Source of the DNA: Candidatus Paracaedibacteraceae bacterium
Lineage (GTDB): Bacteria; Pseudomonadota; Alphaproteobacteria; Paracaedibacterales; CAIOTO01
Direction of reading: 5' to 3'
NCBI GenBank assembly: GCA_030694965.1
Contig: JAUYTZ010000009.1
Span: 137,418 to 201,417 of the forward strand
Length of the DNA: 64,000 bases
Under the pieces are notes generated by a model that was not told the origin of the DNA, did not search any database, and saw nothing but the letters and a program-made list of their open reading frames with translations. The position numbers and the translations under genes are program-made. This document shows positions 41,872-52,878 of the stretch, one piece after another; the first letter of the stretch is position 1, and the number at the start of each line of letters is the position of its first letter.

Positions 41872-42771
41872 ATGATTAGAAAAAAAATCAAACGTAATGT
41901 AAGGTATACCTTGACAGATATTCCTCTTGAACAAGAATCTGGAAGGAAGCATTTGCCTATATTAATGTGTCTTCTTGTGTTTCTTTTAATCATTGTTTTA
42001 GGTGCAGGAACATCTATTAGTGGTGTATTGAAAAAATGGCAAAACTCCAATGATCAAAAAATTATAATTGAAATAACGCAAGATATCAATGTGCCTATTG
42101 ATATTGAACGGGTAAAAAAGATTTTACCAACTATTCCAGGAATTTCTTCTTTTGAAATCGTCAAAGATGATAAAATAATCCTTCTTTTAAAGCCGATTGG
42201 TGAAACAGATACGCTAAAAGATTTAAAATCACCAATAGTTATAAACGTTGATCTTGACCCAAAGAGTACATTTAATATTACAGAAGCACAAAGATTGCTG
42301 AGCACTGTTGCCCCCAATTCACGTATAGAATCTCATGCAAAGTGGCATCAAACACTCATTAGCTTGACTAATTCTTTGTATATAATTGTTTACAATTTAA
42401 TAGGATTTATATTAATTGCAATTTTTACCATAGTAAGTCTTATGACAAGGGCATCTTTAAATGTGCACAGAAGTACAATTGATGTCTTACGTTTAATGGG
42501 TGCGCGAAAACAATATATAGCAAGTTATTTTCAAAACAGCTCATTTTATTTGTGCCTTAAAGGCAGTTTTATGGGATTATTAATTGCTATTCCTACGCTT
42601 ATTTTTATAGAATGGGTGTCAAAAGGACTTGGTATTCCAAAACTGTTTGGGGCAAGTACGGAGATATGGCTGTGGATTTTCCTTACATCAATACCATTCA
42701 CTATTTCATTTTTTGCCATGTTTGTGTCACGGTTAGCTGTTATTGGCACACTTATACGAATGGATGCATGA
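41872..42771 (+). CDS. ftsX: Cell division permease FtsX
   Basis: Four TMs with a periplasmic loop; IDVLRLMGA..YIASYFQ. Confidence 0.88.
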   Translation: MIRKKIKRNVRYTLTDIPLEQESGRKHLPILMCLLVFLLIIVLGAGTSISGVLKKWQNSNDQKIIIEITQDINVPIDIERVKKILPTIPGISSFEIVKDDKIILLLKPIGETDTLKDLKSPIVINVDLDPKSTFNITEAQRLLSTVAPNSRIESHAKWHQTLISLTNSLYIIVYNLIGFILIAIFTIVSLMTRASLNVHRSTIDVLRLMGARKQYIASYFQNSSFYLCLKGSFMGLLIAIPTLIFIEWVSKGLGIPKLFGASTEIWLWIFLTSIPFTISFFAMFVSRLAVIGTLIRMDA

Positions 42772-43349
42772 AACAGATTTTTCTTTATATTAAAATTGTT
42801 TCTTTAACGATTGTTGCGATTATTTCATTGTATATGGTGGGATTTTTAATTTTTGCAACAACGCTTCCAACCCAGCCTTCTGATACTGCACAAAAAACAG
42901 ATGCTATCGTAGTTTTAACAGGTGGTAAAGGACGGGTTGAACTTGGTTTTTCACTTTTAAATGCAGGCCTTGGAAATAAACTATTTATTTCTGGTGTGTA
43001 TCCTGGTGTTGGTATGGAAACACTTATAAAGAAACAAAAAGTACCTGTGCATTTAACAAAACGTCTTGCTGACACAGAGCTTGATTATAGTGCGCAAGAC
43101 ACTGTTGGAAATGCTAAAGAAACAGCGAAGTGGGTGAGGGCTAATAATATCTACACTATTCGTCTTGTCACAGGTAATTACCATTTATGGCGTAGTTTAA
43201 TCGAATTTAAACGCATATTACCTGACTTAGTTATTATTTCTCACCCCATCCCTGAGCAGCATTCGTTAAGTCAAAAAACATTTCCGTTATTATGGAATGA
43301 ATATGTAAAGCTTAGTCTTGTTTGGTTTGGGTACAAACTAACGGTTTAG
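42768..43349 (+). CDS. YdcF/ElyC (DUF218) family protein
   Basis: DAIVVLTGG..RV, LFISG, TVGNAKE, LVTGNYH. ATGA overlap with the ftsX stop. Confidence 0.88.
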   Translation: MKQIFLYIKIVSLTIVAIISLYMVGFLIFATTLPTQPSDTAQKTDAIVVLTGGKGRVELGFSLLNAGLGNKLFISGVYPGVGMETLIKKQKVPVHLTKRLADTELDYSAQDTVGNAKETAKWVRANNIYTIRLVTGNYHLWRSLIEFKRILPDLVIISHPIPEQHSLSQKTFPLLWNEYVKLSLVWFGYKLTV

Positions 43350-43443
43350 GTATTGGGTGGACGTGAAAATAGTTTTTTTAAATAAACCCATAAGCATTAA
43401 TTCTCGTTTAAAAAATATACTACACGTTAAATTCTAATTTTGT

Positions 43444-44487
43444 TTAAAAACTGAATGATCCAAAATGTTTTAACCATGTTTCATCTCCATCGTAGAGTTG
43501 GCGAATATCTGCAATGCCGTTTTTTATCATGCAAAGACGCTCAAGTCCCATGCCAAACGCAAATCCTTGATATTCAAGTGGATCGACATCACAATTAGTG
43601 AGAACATTTGGATGCACCATGCCACAGCCTAAAAGTTCTAGCCAATCACCACCTTTGCCAATAACAAGTTTGCCATCTTTTCTTGTGCAAGCAATATCAA
43701 CTTCAGCTGAGGGTTCTGTAAATGGAAAGAAGCTCGGACGAAAACGCACAGGAACATCTGCTACGCCAAATAGCGTACTGCAAAACTCACGAATGAGTCC
43801 TTTAAGGTGTCCCATATGTATATTCTTATCTAAAACAAGGCCTTCAATTTGGTGAAACATCGGCGTGTGCGTGGCATCTAAGTCATCGCTACGATAAACA
43901 CGTCCTACTGAAATCAAGCGAAGAGGTGGTTTTTGTGTCGCAAGAGATCTAATTTGCACGGTTGATGTGTGTGTGCGTAAAAGATGTGTTGGGTGGTTTT
44001 GAATAAAAAAAGTATCATGATTTTGACGGGCCGGGTGATGGCTTGGAATGTTCAGTGCGTCAAAGTTATGCCATTCATCTTCAACTTCTGGTCCTTCAGC
44101 AAAAGTGAACCCGCGCTTTTGGAAAAAATCAGCTATTTCTTCTTTTAGTGATGTCAGTGGATGGATGCGTCCGATTGAGCTGTTTTGCGTGAAAGATGAA
44201 AAAGGCAGTGTTATGTCAAGCGCTTCTGCATTTAATTTTTGTTTAATGGCGTGTGCTTCTAAAATTTGTGTTTGTGATTGAAAATTTTCAATGAGGGCAT
44301 CACGTATCACATTAATTTCAGCACCTTTGGCTTTTTTTTCTTCAATTGAAGGAAGTTGAGCAAGGCCTTTTAATGCTTGCGTAACGGCTCCGCTTTTGCC
44401 TAGCAATGCTGCTTTGAGTGCTTCAAGCTGGGGTAAATCAGTTGTTGTTTTTATTTGATTAAGCCAAGTGGGTAACTGAGATTGCAC
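43444..44487 (-). CDS. pheS: Phenylalanine--tRNA ligase alpha subunit
   Basis: NFDALN..HPAR, LRTHTS, HTPMFHQ, FPFTEPS, GFAFGMGLER. Confidence 0.98.
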   Translation of the reverse strand: MQSQLPTWLNQIKTTTDLPQLEALKAALLGKSGAVTQALKGLAQLPSIEEKKAKGAEINVIRDALIENFQSQTQILEAHAIKQKLNAEALDITLPFSSFTQNSSIGRIHPLTSLKEEIADFFQKRGFTFAEGPEVEDEWHNFDALNIPSHHPARQNHDTFFIQNHPTHLLRTHTSTVQIRSLATQKPPLRLISVGRVYRSDDLDATHTPMFHQIEGLVLDKNIHMGHLKGLIREFCSTLFGVADVPVRFRPSFFPFTEPSAEVDIACTRKDGKLVIGKGGDWLELLGCGMVHPNVLTNCDVDPLEYQGFAFGMGLERLCMIKNGIADIRQLYDGDETWLKHFGSFSF

Positions 44488-44514
44488 GGCATTTATTCCT
44501 ATACTTTATGTTAT

Positions 44515-44549
44515 AAAAAAGCCCCAATACATATGTGCATGGGGCTTTT
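44515..44549 (-). terminator. Intrinsic terminator after rplT
   Basis: AAAAAAGCCCCA...TGGGGCTTTT hairpin with flanking A/T tracts. Confidence 0.75.
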
Positions 44550-44584
44550 ATGAGTAGTAGCTAATTTTAATTTATAAAATAAGA

Positions 44585-44944
44585 CTAAGCTGCTAATGCT
44601 TTTTTAGCTTTCTCAACAAGCACCTTGAAGGCTTCAGGTTGATTCATAGCTAAATCAGCCATGATTTTGCGGTCCACTTGAATACCAGCTTTACTTAAAC
44701 CATTAATGAAAACAGAATAAGTTAAACCAAGTTCACGTACACCTGCATTGATACGTTGAATCCACAAACCGCGGAAATCGCGTTTCTTGTTACGACGGTC
44801 ACGATAAGCATATTGCAATGCTTTCTCAACACGTTGCAATGCAATGCGGAAACAGTTTTTTGAGCGGCCGCGGTAGCCCTTCGCCATTTTTAAAACTTTT
44901 TTGTGACGAGCGTGTGACGTGACGCCTCTTTTTACGCGTGACAT
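44585..44944 (-). CDS. rplT: 50S ribosomal protein L20
   Basis: MSRVKRGV...AKGYRG...[23 protein letters not shown]. Confidence 0.99.
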   Translation of the reverse strand: MSRVKRGVTSHARHKKVLKMAKGYRGRSKNCFRIALQRVEKALQYAYRDRRNKKRDFRGLWIQRINAGVRELGLTYSVFINGLSKAGIQVDRKIMADLAMNQPEAFKVLVEKAKKALAA

Positions 44945-44957
44945 AGATTAGATCTCC

Positions 44958-45155
44958 TTATACGTGTAAAAAGTAGGATTTGACTTTTTTTGCATCACTT
45001 GGGTGCATAATAGTCATACCGCGTGCATTACGAATCATTTTATTAGTACGCTTACGCATACCATGACGCTTACCAGCTTGCCCCATTTTGACAAGTCCGG
45101 AACCAGTTACGCGAAAACGCTTTTTAGCGCTGCTTTTGGTTTTCATTTTGGGCAT
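44958..45155 (-). CDS. rpmI: 50S ribosomal protein L35
   Basis: [20 protein letters not shown]; start at 45155. Confidence 0.98.
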   Translation of the reverse strand: MPKMKTKSSAKKRFRVTGSGLVKMGQAGKRHGMRKRTNKMIRNARGMTIMHPSDAKKVKSYFLHV

Positions 45156-45187
45156 TTTTTTCCCCTTAAGGTTAAATTTAACTTTTC

Positions 45188-45245
45188 GTAGATTAGGCAT
45201 GCCCGGGTTTTTAATATCATTGGTTGTTAAAGACCGCTGATCTAC
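45188..45245 (-). promoter_or_regulatory. Candidate structured rpmI-rplT leader (possible L20 autoregulation)
   Basis: Long hairpin on the mRNA: GUAGAU(c)AG...CU(a)AUCUAC outer stem and GGU.UUUAA...UUAAA.ACC inner stem. Confidence 0.35.
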
Positions 45246-45343
45246 CCTTGCCACGCTACGATTTCAAAGTAAAAAAAGTATAAAATTTATTAGAGGTAAA
45301 GTCAAGTTTTTCCTAATGTTTAAAAAAAGAAAGAAGGCTTTTT

Positions 45344-46615
45344 TTAAGCTTCTGCTGCTACTTTGTACCGTTCAATATGAGCACCACACTGTGTCAACTT
45401 TTGTTCAAGCTTTTCATAACCACGGTCTAAGTGGTACACACGACTTAATACGGTATCCCCCTTAGCAGCAAGGCCTGCCAAAACCAGCGACACAGATGCC
45501 CGTAAATCAGTCGCCATTACCTCAGCACCACTAAGTTGTGAAACGCCCCGAACTAAGGCTGATGATCCATGCACTGTAATGTTAGCACCCATACGTGCCA
45601 ATTCGGGAACATGCATAAATCGATTTTCAAAAATTGTTTCTGTAATCATTGACGCGCCGGTACAAAGTGTCATGAGTGCCATCATTTGTGCTTGAATGTC
45701 TGTTGCAAAGCCAGGGTACGGCTCTGTTATAACATCAACACCTGTGATAATGCCTGAATTTGCTTTAATTGAGAAACCATTTGGTGTTTCCTTAATGATT
45801 GCACCTGCACGTGCTAACGCTTCGCTAACCGTTGGGATAAGTGACAAGTCTGTGTGAGTAAGGGTAAGTTCACCTTGTGTGATGATCGCGCCAATAGCAT
45901 AAGTTGCCGTTTCAATGCGATCTGCAATAACACTGTGTGATGTACCATTAAGCTTTTCGACACCTTGAATAATTATGCGATCTGTACCTGCGCCTTCAAT
46001 AATTGCTCCCATACCTTTTAGGCAATTGGCAAGATCTATTATTTCAGGTTCACGTGCTGCATTTATGAGGACTGTTTCTCCTTTAGCTAGTGTTGCTGCC
46101 ATAAGCAAGTTTTCAGTAGCAGTCACAGATACCATTGGCATGCTAATTGTTGCGCCAACTAAACCATTTGGCGCTGAGGCATTAATATAACCTTCTGATA
46201 ATTCAATTTGTGCACCAAGTTTTTGCAAGCCTTTTATGTGAACGTCAACAGGACGCGTGCCGATAGCACAACCACCTGGTAATGAAACACGTGCAACACC
46301 AAAACGTGCAATAAGCGGTCCAAGAACAAGAATTGATGCACGCATGCGACGGACAAGATCATATGGAGCCGTTGTGTTTGTGATATTGTCTGAGTTAATC
46401 CCAATATTGTTGCCATCAACAGATATAATGCAGCCATGTTGTGTTAATAAATCTACCATAGATGTAATATCCGCAAGCTGCGGGACATTTGATAAATTGT
46501 ATTGTCCTTCGCAAAGTAACCCTGCTGCAAGTAAAGGTAGCGCCGCATTTTTAGCGCCGCTAATTTGTATAGAGCCATTGAGTGGTGTTCCACCACGAAT
46601 AAGAATGCGATCCAT
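45344..46615 (-). CDS. murA: UDP-N-acetylglucosamine 1-carboxyvinyltransferase
   Basis: [40 protein letters not shown]. Confidence 0.98.
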   Translation of the reverse strand: MDRILIRGGTPLNGSIQISGAKNAALPLLAAGLLCEGQYNLSNVPQLADITSMVDLLTQHGCIISVDGNNIGINSDNITNTTAPYDLVRRMRASILVLGPLIARFGVARVSLPGGCAIGTRPVDVHIKGLQKLGAQIELSEGYINASAPNGLVGATISMPMVSVTATENLLMAATLAKGETVLINAAREPEIIDLANCLKGMGAIIEGAGTDRIIIQGVEKLNGTSHSVIADRIETATYAIGAIITQGELTLTHTDLSLIPTVSEALARAGAIIKETPNGFSIKANSGIITGVDVITEPYPGFATDIQAQMMALMTLCTGASMITETIFENRFMHVPELARMGANITVHGSSALVRGVSQLSGAEVMATDLRASVSLVLAGLAAKGDTVLSRVYHLDRGYEKLEQKLTQCGAHIERYKVAAEA

Positions 46616-46684
46616 TTTTTCTTCTTTTATATTGAGGTTGATCGTTGAAAATCCCGCTATTGTGGGAGGTTTTTATACATTTTA

Positions 46685-47236
46685 TTACAGACGTGGTAAT
46701 GTCACGCCCTTTTGCCCCATGTATTTTCCACTGCGATCTTTGTAGGATACATCGCATTCACGGTCAGCTTTAAAGAAGAGAAATTGGCAAACACCTTCAT
46801 TTGCGTAGATTTTAGCTGGCAATGGGGTTGTGTTAGAAAATTCTAATGTAACGTGACCTTCCCATTCAGGTTCAAGTGGAGTTACGTTTACAATAATACC
46901 ACAGCGTGCGTACGTTGATTTGCCAAGGCAAATAACTAAAACATCTCGAGGGATTCTAAAATATTCAACGGTTCGACCAAGAGCAAAACTGTTTGGTGGA
47001 ATAATGCAAACATCCGTATCTCGTTCAACAAAACTATCTTCAGCAAAGTTTTTTGGGTCAACAACTGCGCTATTCACATTTGTAAAAATTTTAAATTCTG
47101 GAGCTACACGCGCATCATAACCATAAGAAGAAACGCCATAAGAGATAATTCCATCACGTTTTTGGCATTCGATAAAAGGCTCAATCATGCCTTTTTTGGC
47201 TTGTTCACGGATCCAGTGGTCAGCTTGTATTGACAA
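46685..47236 (-). CDS. dcd: dCTP deaminase
   Basis: [28 protein letters not shown]; TTG start. Confidence 0.96.
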   Translation of the reverse strand: MSIQADHWIREQAKKGMIEPFIECQKRDGIISYGVSSYGYDARVAPEFKIFTNVNSAVVDPKNFAEDSFVERDTDVCIIPPNSFALGRTVEYFRIPRDVLVICLGKSTYARCGIIVNVTPLEPEWEGHVTLEFSNTTPLPAKIYANEGVCQFLFFKADRECDVSYKDRSGKYMGQKGVTLPRL

Positions 47237-47351
47237 TGCACGTCGCTTTCAAAAAAGTTTATTAGATAGTGATATCATGATTATGGTTAGTCAGCAAGAT
47301 TGACGCATTGTTTTTTTAATAAATGTATTTGATAATTTGCTTTTGCCTGAA

Positions 47352-49208
47352 TTATTTTTCGTGAAAATAATCATAAATCTTTTGAGCGACAGCGTGACTA
47401 ATACCTTCAATGCGTTCTAAATCAGAAATAGCGGCGATTGATACATTTTTTGCAGATCCAAAGTGAAGCAGAAGTTTTTTCTTGCGAGAGGCACCAATGC
47501 CCGGAATTCCATCAAGTGCTGATTTGATAAGTGTTTTTCCTCGTTTTTGTCGGTGCGTACCAATTGCAAAACGGTGTGCTTCATCGCGTAAGCGTTGTAG
47601 AAAATGTAAAAAAGGATCATCAATTGGTAATTGAAAAGTTTCTTTGCCTTTCATAAAAAATTGCTCTCGGCCTGCATTTCTATCAATACCTTTTGCAATT
47701 CCAACAACCGGGATGCTTACCTTAAGTTCAGCTAAAGCTGTTTCAACAGCTGAAAGTTGTCCTTGTCCTCCATCAATAAGCAACAAATCAGGTTTTCCCC
47801 AATCTTCAATATGTTGAAAACGCCTTTTTAAAAATTCATACATCATGCCAAAATCATCATTAGATGCAGCTTCTTTTGGATTAAATTTACGGTATGATTT
47901 TTTATCAAAGCCTTTTTGAGTAGCAACTACCATAACACCACAGGCATGTGTTCCTTGTAGATGGCTATTGTCATAGATTTCAATGCGTTCAGGTGTTCTC
48001 TCGAGATCAAAAAGGGGCTGCATACCTTCAAAAAGTTTTTTCATATTATCAGAATCAGCAGTTTTTCGAGAAATTGTATCATGCGCATTTTTAAGAGCAA
48101 GTTGGATGAGCTCTGCCTTAAGTCCTTGCTTTGGTGTTTCAATAATTGTCTTTTCAGAGTGGAGCAGAGTTAGTGCATTTTGAATAAGCTCTCGATCGTC
48201 AATTGTATGGCTTAGCAAAATAAGTGGGGCAGGAGAGCGCTCTTGGTAAAACTGTGTAATGAAGGCATTGAGGCTGCTTGACTCTGTTTTGTCACAAGCA
48301 TGCGCTAGAAAAAATGAAGTTGTGCCCAAATTTTGTCCATACCTAAAGAAAAAAACTTGCACGCAAGTTACACCTTCTTTTTTTACAATTGCTATAACAT
48401 CTGCATTGCGAACGCCGCTAACATTTACACGTTGGTGTGCTTGTATTTTTGTTATGAGTTTTAAAGTGTCCCTTATTTGGGCAGCTTTTTCAAATTCAAG
48501 TTCATCACTAAGTCGCATCATCTTTTCTGATAATACTTTTTGCACGTTATCTCCCTTGCCAAGTAGAAAGTTTTTTGCGTATTGAACTGAGTCTTTATAC
48601 TCCTCTTGCTCGATCCTTTTAACGCAAGGCGCAGTACACCTCTTAATGTGATGTTGAAGGCAAGGTCTTTCGCGGTTGCAAAAATAGCTGTCGGTACAAT
48701 TACGGATTTTAAAAACTTTCTGGATGACCAGAATAGCTTCATCAACGGCTGCAATGTTTGCAAATGGACCAAAATAGTCTCCGGGGATGGTTTGTGGACC
48801 TCTGTGCTTTAATATGCGCGGGTATGCATGGTCTTTTGTTATTAGAATATACGGAAATGATTTATCATCTTTCAATAAGATATTGTATCGAGGCTGATGT
48901 TTCTTAATTAAATTTGCTTCAAGTAAGAGAGCTTCTGTTTCAGTATGAGTTGTAACGATTTCCATTTTAAGTGTTTCAGAAACCATACGTTGCAAACGAT
49001 TAGGTAGTTTATCTGTGTGGGTATATGCAATGACTCGTTTTTTTAAGTTTTTTGCTTTTCCTATGTATAAAATAGTATCTTTATCATCCAGCATACGATA
49101 CACACCCGCGTCTGAGGTGAGAGTGCGCACTATGTCACGAATGATGTTCGCACCTCGTGCAAGACGATCAGTGTTGGTATTTTTTTCAGTAAGATGTGTC
49201 TGTTTCAT
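47352..49208 (-). CDS. uvrC: Excinuclease ABC subunit C
   Basis: GVYRM..LYIGKA (GIY-YIG), DNSH, IDGGQGQ, RDEAHRFA, HhH tail. Confidence 0.97.
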   Translation of the reverse strand: MKQTHLTEKNTNTDRLARGANIIRDIVRTLTSDAGVYRMLDDKDTILYIGKAKNLKKRVIAYTHTDKLPNRLQRMVSETLKMEIVTTHTETEALLLEANLIKKHQPRYNILLKDDKSFPYILITKDHAYPRILKHRGPQTIPGDYFGPFANIAAVDEAILVIQKVFKIRNCTDSYFCNRERPCLQHHIKRCTAPCVKRIEQEEYKDSVQYAKNFLLGKGDNVQKVLSEKMMRLSDELEFEKAAQIRDTLKLITKIQAHQRVNVSGVRNADVIAIVKKEGVTCVQVFFFRYGQNLGTTSFFLAHACDKTESSSLNAFITQFYQERSPAPLILLSHTIDDRELIQNALTLLHSEKTIIETPKQGLKAELIQLALKNAHDTISRKTADSDNMKKLFEGMQPLFDLERTPERIEIYDNSHLQGTHACGVMVVATQKGFDKKSYRKFNPKEAASNDDFGMMYEFLKRRFQHIEDWGKPDLLLIDGGQGQLSAVETALAELKVSIPVVGIAKGIDRNAGREQFFMKGKETFQLPIDDPFLHFLQRLRDEAHRFAIGTHRQKRGKTLIKSALDGIPGIGASRKKKLLLHFGSAKNVSIAAISDLERIEGISHAVAQKIYDYFHEK

Positions 49209-49451
49209 TTTATTGAGCGATACATTGGGAGCATAGTTATAATGTCTTTATAGTGCTACATTAATCTATTCTGGCAAAACAAGCTATATCCATCCTAAAT
49301 TAGTAAATTGATTCAAGATAAAAGTTTTTAAAAGTGAATTCATATTGACTCAATTTATCAGTGCTTTAAAGTAAATATAAGACAGTCATATGATTCATTT
49401 TTAAATGTTTCAGTGAGAAATAGAAAGTCTTTTTCTCAGTATTTAAGGTAA

Positions 49452-49964
49452 ATGCTCATGAATGAAAACACAGATGAAATGATACGCGTTAATCACGCTG
49501 GCGAATATGGTGCTACACGTATTTATGCGGGACAGTTGTTTATACTTACGAATGATGAAACAATCCGGCATATGGCAGAGCAAGAACAAGAACATCTTGA
49601 TGCATTTCAACAGATGATAATCGAACGTCGTGTGCGCCCTTCTTTGCTGCAGCCAATATGGTATGTGGGCGGTTTCTTGATGGGGGCATTAACGGCCGCC
49701 ATGGGTAGAAATGTTGCACACGCATGTACAGCTGCTGTAGAAACAGTCATTGATAAACATTATCAAGACCAAATAAGTGAGTTGTCTATCTCTGCAGATA
49801 TTGAATTAAAGGATTTAGTTACGAAGTGTCATAAAGAAGAATGCGAACACCACGATATTGCTATAAATGAGGCAGGCGTTGATCTTGCAATGACATATCC
49901 TATAATAACGTCTGTCGTAGAGCGTATTACAAAAGTAGCTATTGAGATTGCAAAAAAAGTTTAA
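49452..49964 (+). CDS. coq7: Demethoxyubiquinone hydroxylase Coq7
   Basis: IRVNHAGEYGA.RIY.GQ, EQEH, VETVIDKHY, ECEH di-iron motifs. Confidence 0.93.
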   Translation: MLMNENTDEMIRVNHAGEYGATRIYAGQLFILTNDETIRHMAEQEQEHLDAFQQMIIERRVRPSLLQPIWYVGGFLMGALTAAMGRNVAHACTAAVETVIDKHYQDQISELSISADIELKDLVTKCHKEECEHHDIAINEAGVDLAMTYPIITSVVERITKVAIEIAKKV

Positions 49965-49978
49965 CTTTCAAAATGTAT

Positions 49979-51163
49979 TTAAAAAACTTCTTTTTCACAA
50001 CGTAACCTGTTGAGTAATAGATTAAAGTCATCTTTTCTTAAATCAATATAATCATCTGCAATGCGAATTAACTCTCTTAAGTTAGTAGGATCTGTGTTAT
50101 CCATCTTACTGTTTTCAGGATTTAGTCTTGGAGTCCAACGGGTGTAATCTCCTGAAAAAATAGTGTGAGGGATACCATGTGAGTCTTGTTTTGGAGAAAA
50201 CATGTTTTTTAGAAATTCATGATCATTTTCTGCCTGTGCGTTTGTAAAAATGCGCACAAGATGTGGAGCCCATTTTATAATCCCTGCATCTTTCATGTTT
50301 TTATAATAAAGAGGTTTGTTTGCTTTTCCTGAACCAATAGAAACAACTTCAAAGCTTGTTGCCTCTGGGTAGAGATCGCGTCCTTTTGATAAAACACTAA
50401 GTGCGGGGTTATTTGCCCCTGTTCCACCATCAGTTAATACATATGGATTTGCTTTTCCTGCGACAGGGTGAGCAAAACAGGGCCTGAAAAAGCTAGCTGC
50501 AGCTGATGTTGCGGAAATAGCATCAACTTTTGTAAATGTGGATTCATTCTCCCAGCTTGTAATAATTTTAAAATTTTGATTGACTATATTGTAAGTAACA
50601 ACCGCTGTTGGTATAACTGTGTGACTTGTTATGTCATCTCCCAAATATTCGTGGGTAACTGAGCGAAATTTTTCAGAGTCATATTTGGGGCCCAATAATC
50701 CATTTAAAGAGCTATATTGCGGACTAAATAATTCTTCCGAGCGCTCTAATAAAATATTAACAAGGTCTCGTGCTGAGTATTTAGGTTTTGTGGGATCTCC
50801 TTCACTAGGAGCCGTTAAGAATGTTGCAAGAATACCGCCTGCTGAAGTACCCCCGACAAGATGAAATATTTCGCAAATAGGTTTTTCTAAATTTTCTTCA
50901 ATATGTTGTAAAATGCGAGCTTCAATAATACCTCGAACACCGCCACCATCAAGACTTAGAAGACGAACTTTTTTTTGTGGTTGGGTTTCTTTTTGTAATT
51001 CAGCATGTGCAGGCAGTATGTATGTCTGAGTAATAGGAGGGGGGATTAATAGCCCAAAATCATTTTGAACTGCACATGCGTTAACACTTTCTAGATGTAT
51101 GAAAAAGAATAATATGGAATATATATTTAAATATTTAGATATATGTTTGATATTTATAAACAT
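49979..51163 (-). CDS. Patatin-like phospholipase with N-terminal signal-like segment
   Basis: LSLDGGGVRG, GTSAG nucleophile, SAA, DGG..ANNP, SIGSG. Confidence 0.92.
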   Translation of the reverse strand: MFINIKHISKYLNIYSILFFFIHLESVNACAVQNDFGLLIPPPITQTYILPAHAELQKETQPQKKVRLLSLDGGGVRGIIEARILQHIEENLEKPICEIFHLVGGTSAGGILATFLTAPSEGDPTKPKYSARDLVNILLERSEELFSPQYSSLNGLLGPKYDSEKFRSVTHEYLGDDITSHTVIPTAVVTYNIVNQNFKIITSWENESTFTKVDAISATSAAASFFRPCFAHPVAGKANPYVLTDGGTGANNPALSVLSKGRDLYPEATSFEVVSIGSGKANKPLYYKNMKDAGIIKWAPHLVRIFTNAQAENDHEFLKNMFSPKQDSHGIPHTIFSGDYTRWTPRLNPENSKMDNTDPTNLRELIRIADDYIDLRKDDFNLLLNRLRCEKEVF

Positions 51164-51221
51164 TTATATTCCTAATCTTAATTGTATATTTAACTATACA
51201 ATGGTAATTAGGGTTTAAAAT

Positions 51222-51237
51222 TTAACAAAAGGTTAAC
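51222..51237. promoter_or_regulatory. Candidate CtrA box
   Basis: TTAA-CAAAAGG-TTAAC matches the consensus TTAA-N7-TTAAC, ~60 bp upstream of the patatin start. Confidence 0.5.
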
Positions 51238-51411
51238 AGATGGTATATGATGTTAATTTTAATAAAAACAAATTTAAGAATTTTTGTTTTTTGATCTGAA
51301 TTAATATAAATTGTTATTTTATTTTTTAATACCTTTTTGCGGTTTAATTTTTAAGTGGGAATAAAAATACATTTTTTGGTTATAACATGTATTTTCAAAA
51401 TAAATGGTATA

Positions 51412-52734
51412 TCATGAAATAGATATATCAATCATTGTGCGTGAAACTTTTTTGAGAGCTTTTTGCTGCCATAGCCAAACAGGAACTCCAGCAATTAAAA
51501 TAATACATGACCACATAATCATAATAAAACTTGCTCCCCAAATTGCCCATATGGAAAAAAGAAGTGAGAATAAGCCAATTAGAACTTTGTTTACTGTAAA
51601 ATGATTTTCTCTTCTTAATATAACAAAGTAGGATGCTATGCATGCAAGATACACGATTAAACACAAAGTTAGAGAAAAATCTATGATGAAGTTAAATTGT
51701 TGTAATAAAGACGTAGACATCGATAAAGCAACAAATGGGATTGAGCACAAAGATGAAATAACAATTCCCCAAAGTGGAGCCCCTTTTTGTGTTGTGCCTT
51801 TAAATATCTTAGGAAAGAGACCATCATTAGCAGCGCCAAATGCTATTCTGCCCACAACAATTGTCCACCCGTTAAGAGCTCCAATACAGCAAAGTGCAGC
51901 AACTATAGCGACAGGTATACCCCATTGCCCACCAAACAAAATTGATGCTAAATCAGCATAGGGCGCTTTTGAATGAAGTAATTCTGCGCGTGGTACAACT
52001 CCCATAATAGCAATTGTTCCAATAATGTAGACAAATGCAGCAATGAGGGTGCCAATTAAGATTGCGCGTGGAATATTTTTTTTGGGATTTTCAACATCAG
52101 TTCCCGGTACTGTTCCCGTCTCAAAGCCAATAAAAGCCCACAGTGCAAGTAGAGCTGTCGCATTAACTGCAGAAAGATCTGATAAAGATGAGCCGTTAAA
52201 GGGTGAAAAATTTTTAACATCAAGGTAAAACATGGCAATAACAGGGATTACAATAAGCGGAATAAGTTTTAGAATCGTTATTATAAATTCAAAGCGTCCG
52301 GCAAGTTGCAATCCTGCTAAACTTAAACTAGCTATAATAACAATTAATCCTGATTCCATTAAAAATGTTGTTATATGAGAAAAGCCACCACATACAGAGG
52401 ATGTGTAGCCTATAGCGGCGACAACAAGAGCTGCGTTACTAACCCACGAAAGAACCCAATATCCCCAAGCTATAAAAAAACCAGCTGATTTTCCAAATGC
52501 TTCTTCAACGTAGGTGTGTGGACCACCAATCTTGGGGCTACGTGAGCTAAGTTCAGCAAACACAAACGAAAGTAGTATTGCGCCAATTGATGTAACAATC
52601 CAACCACCTATACAAAGTGTACCAAATGCGGCAAGTGTTGCAGGAAGCATAAAAACACCAGAGCCAATTAAATTTCCAGTGACAAGAGTGACAAGAGTCC
52701 AAAGACCCATTTTTTGTGAAGATGAGGATGTCAT
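51412..52734 (-). CDS. APC-family amino acid permease (AdiC/ArcD-like)
   Basis: GNLIGSGVF, FAELS..P..GG, WAFIGFE, NPKKNIPRA; 12 TMs. Confidence 0.92.
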   Translation of the reverse strand: MTSSSSQKMGLWTLVTLVTGNLIGSGVFMLPATLAAFGTLCIGGWIVTSIGAILLSFVFAELSSRSPKIGGPHTYVEEAFGKSAGFFIAWGYWVLSWVSNAALVVAAIGYTSSVCGGFSHITTFLMESGLIVIIASLSLAGLQLAGRFEFIITILKLIPLIVIPVIAMFYLDVKNFSPFNGSSLSDLSAVNATALLALWAFIGFETGTVPGTDVENPKKNIPRAILIGTLIAAFVYIIGTIAIMGVVPRAELLHSKAPYADLASILFGGQWGIPVAIVAALCCIGALNGWTIVVGRIAFGAANDGLFPKIFKGTTQKGAPLWGIVISSLCSIPFVALSMSTSLLQQFNFIIDFSLTLCLIVYLACIASYFVILRRENHFTVNKVLIGLFSLLFSIWAIWGASFIMIMWSCIILIAGVPVWLWQQKALKKVSRTMIDISIS

Positions 52735-52824
52735 AATAGATATTCCAAAGACAAAAGATTAAAGAGAAAATAAATTGTTTATAAAGAAATAAAATTTAAA
52801 TATAAAAAATCGCACGAATATGCG

Positions 52825-52878
52825 CTAAAAAAAATATGTGAGCCTCACGGGCTTTCGTTTTATTTGGAATAATTTCAC
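52825..52878 (-). CDS. Candidate leader peptide (M)KLFQIKRKPVRLTYFF
   Basis: 17-codon ORF (GTG to TAG) in the permease leader, followed immediately by a small hairpin and U-tract. Confidence 0.25.
   Translation of the reverse strand: MKLFQIKRKPVRLTYFF

Noticed and set aside
43397-43411. TTAA-N7-TTAA CtrA-like match
   Set aside because: It lies between two convergent gene ends and lacks the final C; a likely chance match in AT-rich DNA.
46257-46745. 162-aa antisense ORF and similar short antisense ORFs (e.g. 12003-12425, 29960-30379, 59045-59488)
   Set aside because: Shadows of well-supported housekeeping genes with no independent motifs.
49979-51163. Patatin as a CBASS CapV anti-phage effector
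   Set aside because: No adjacent CD-NTase or cap genes; the neighbours are coq7 and an amino acid permease.
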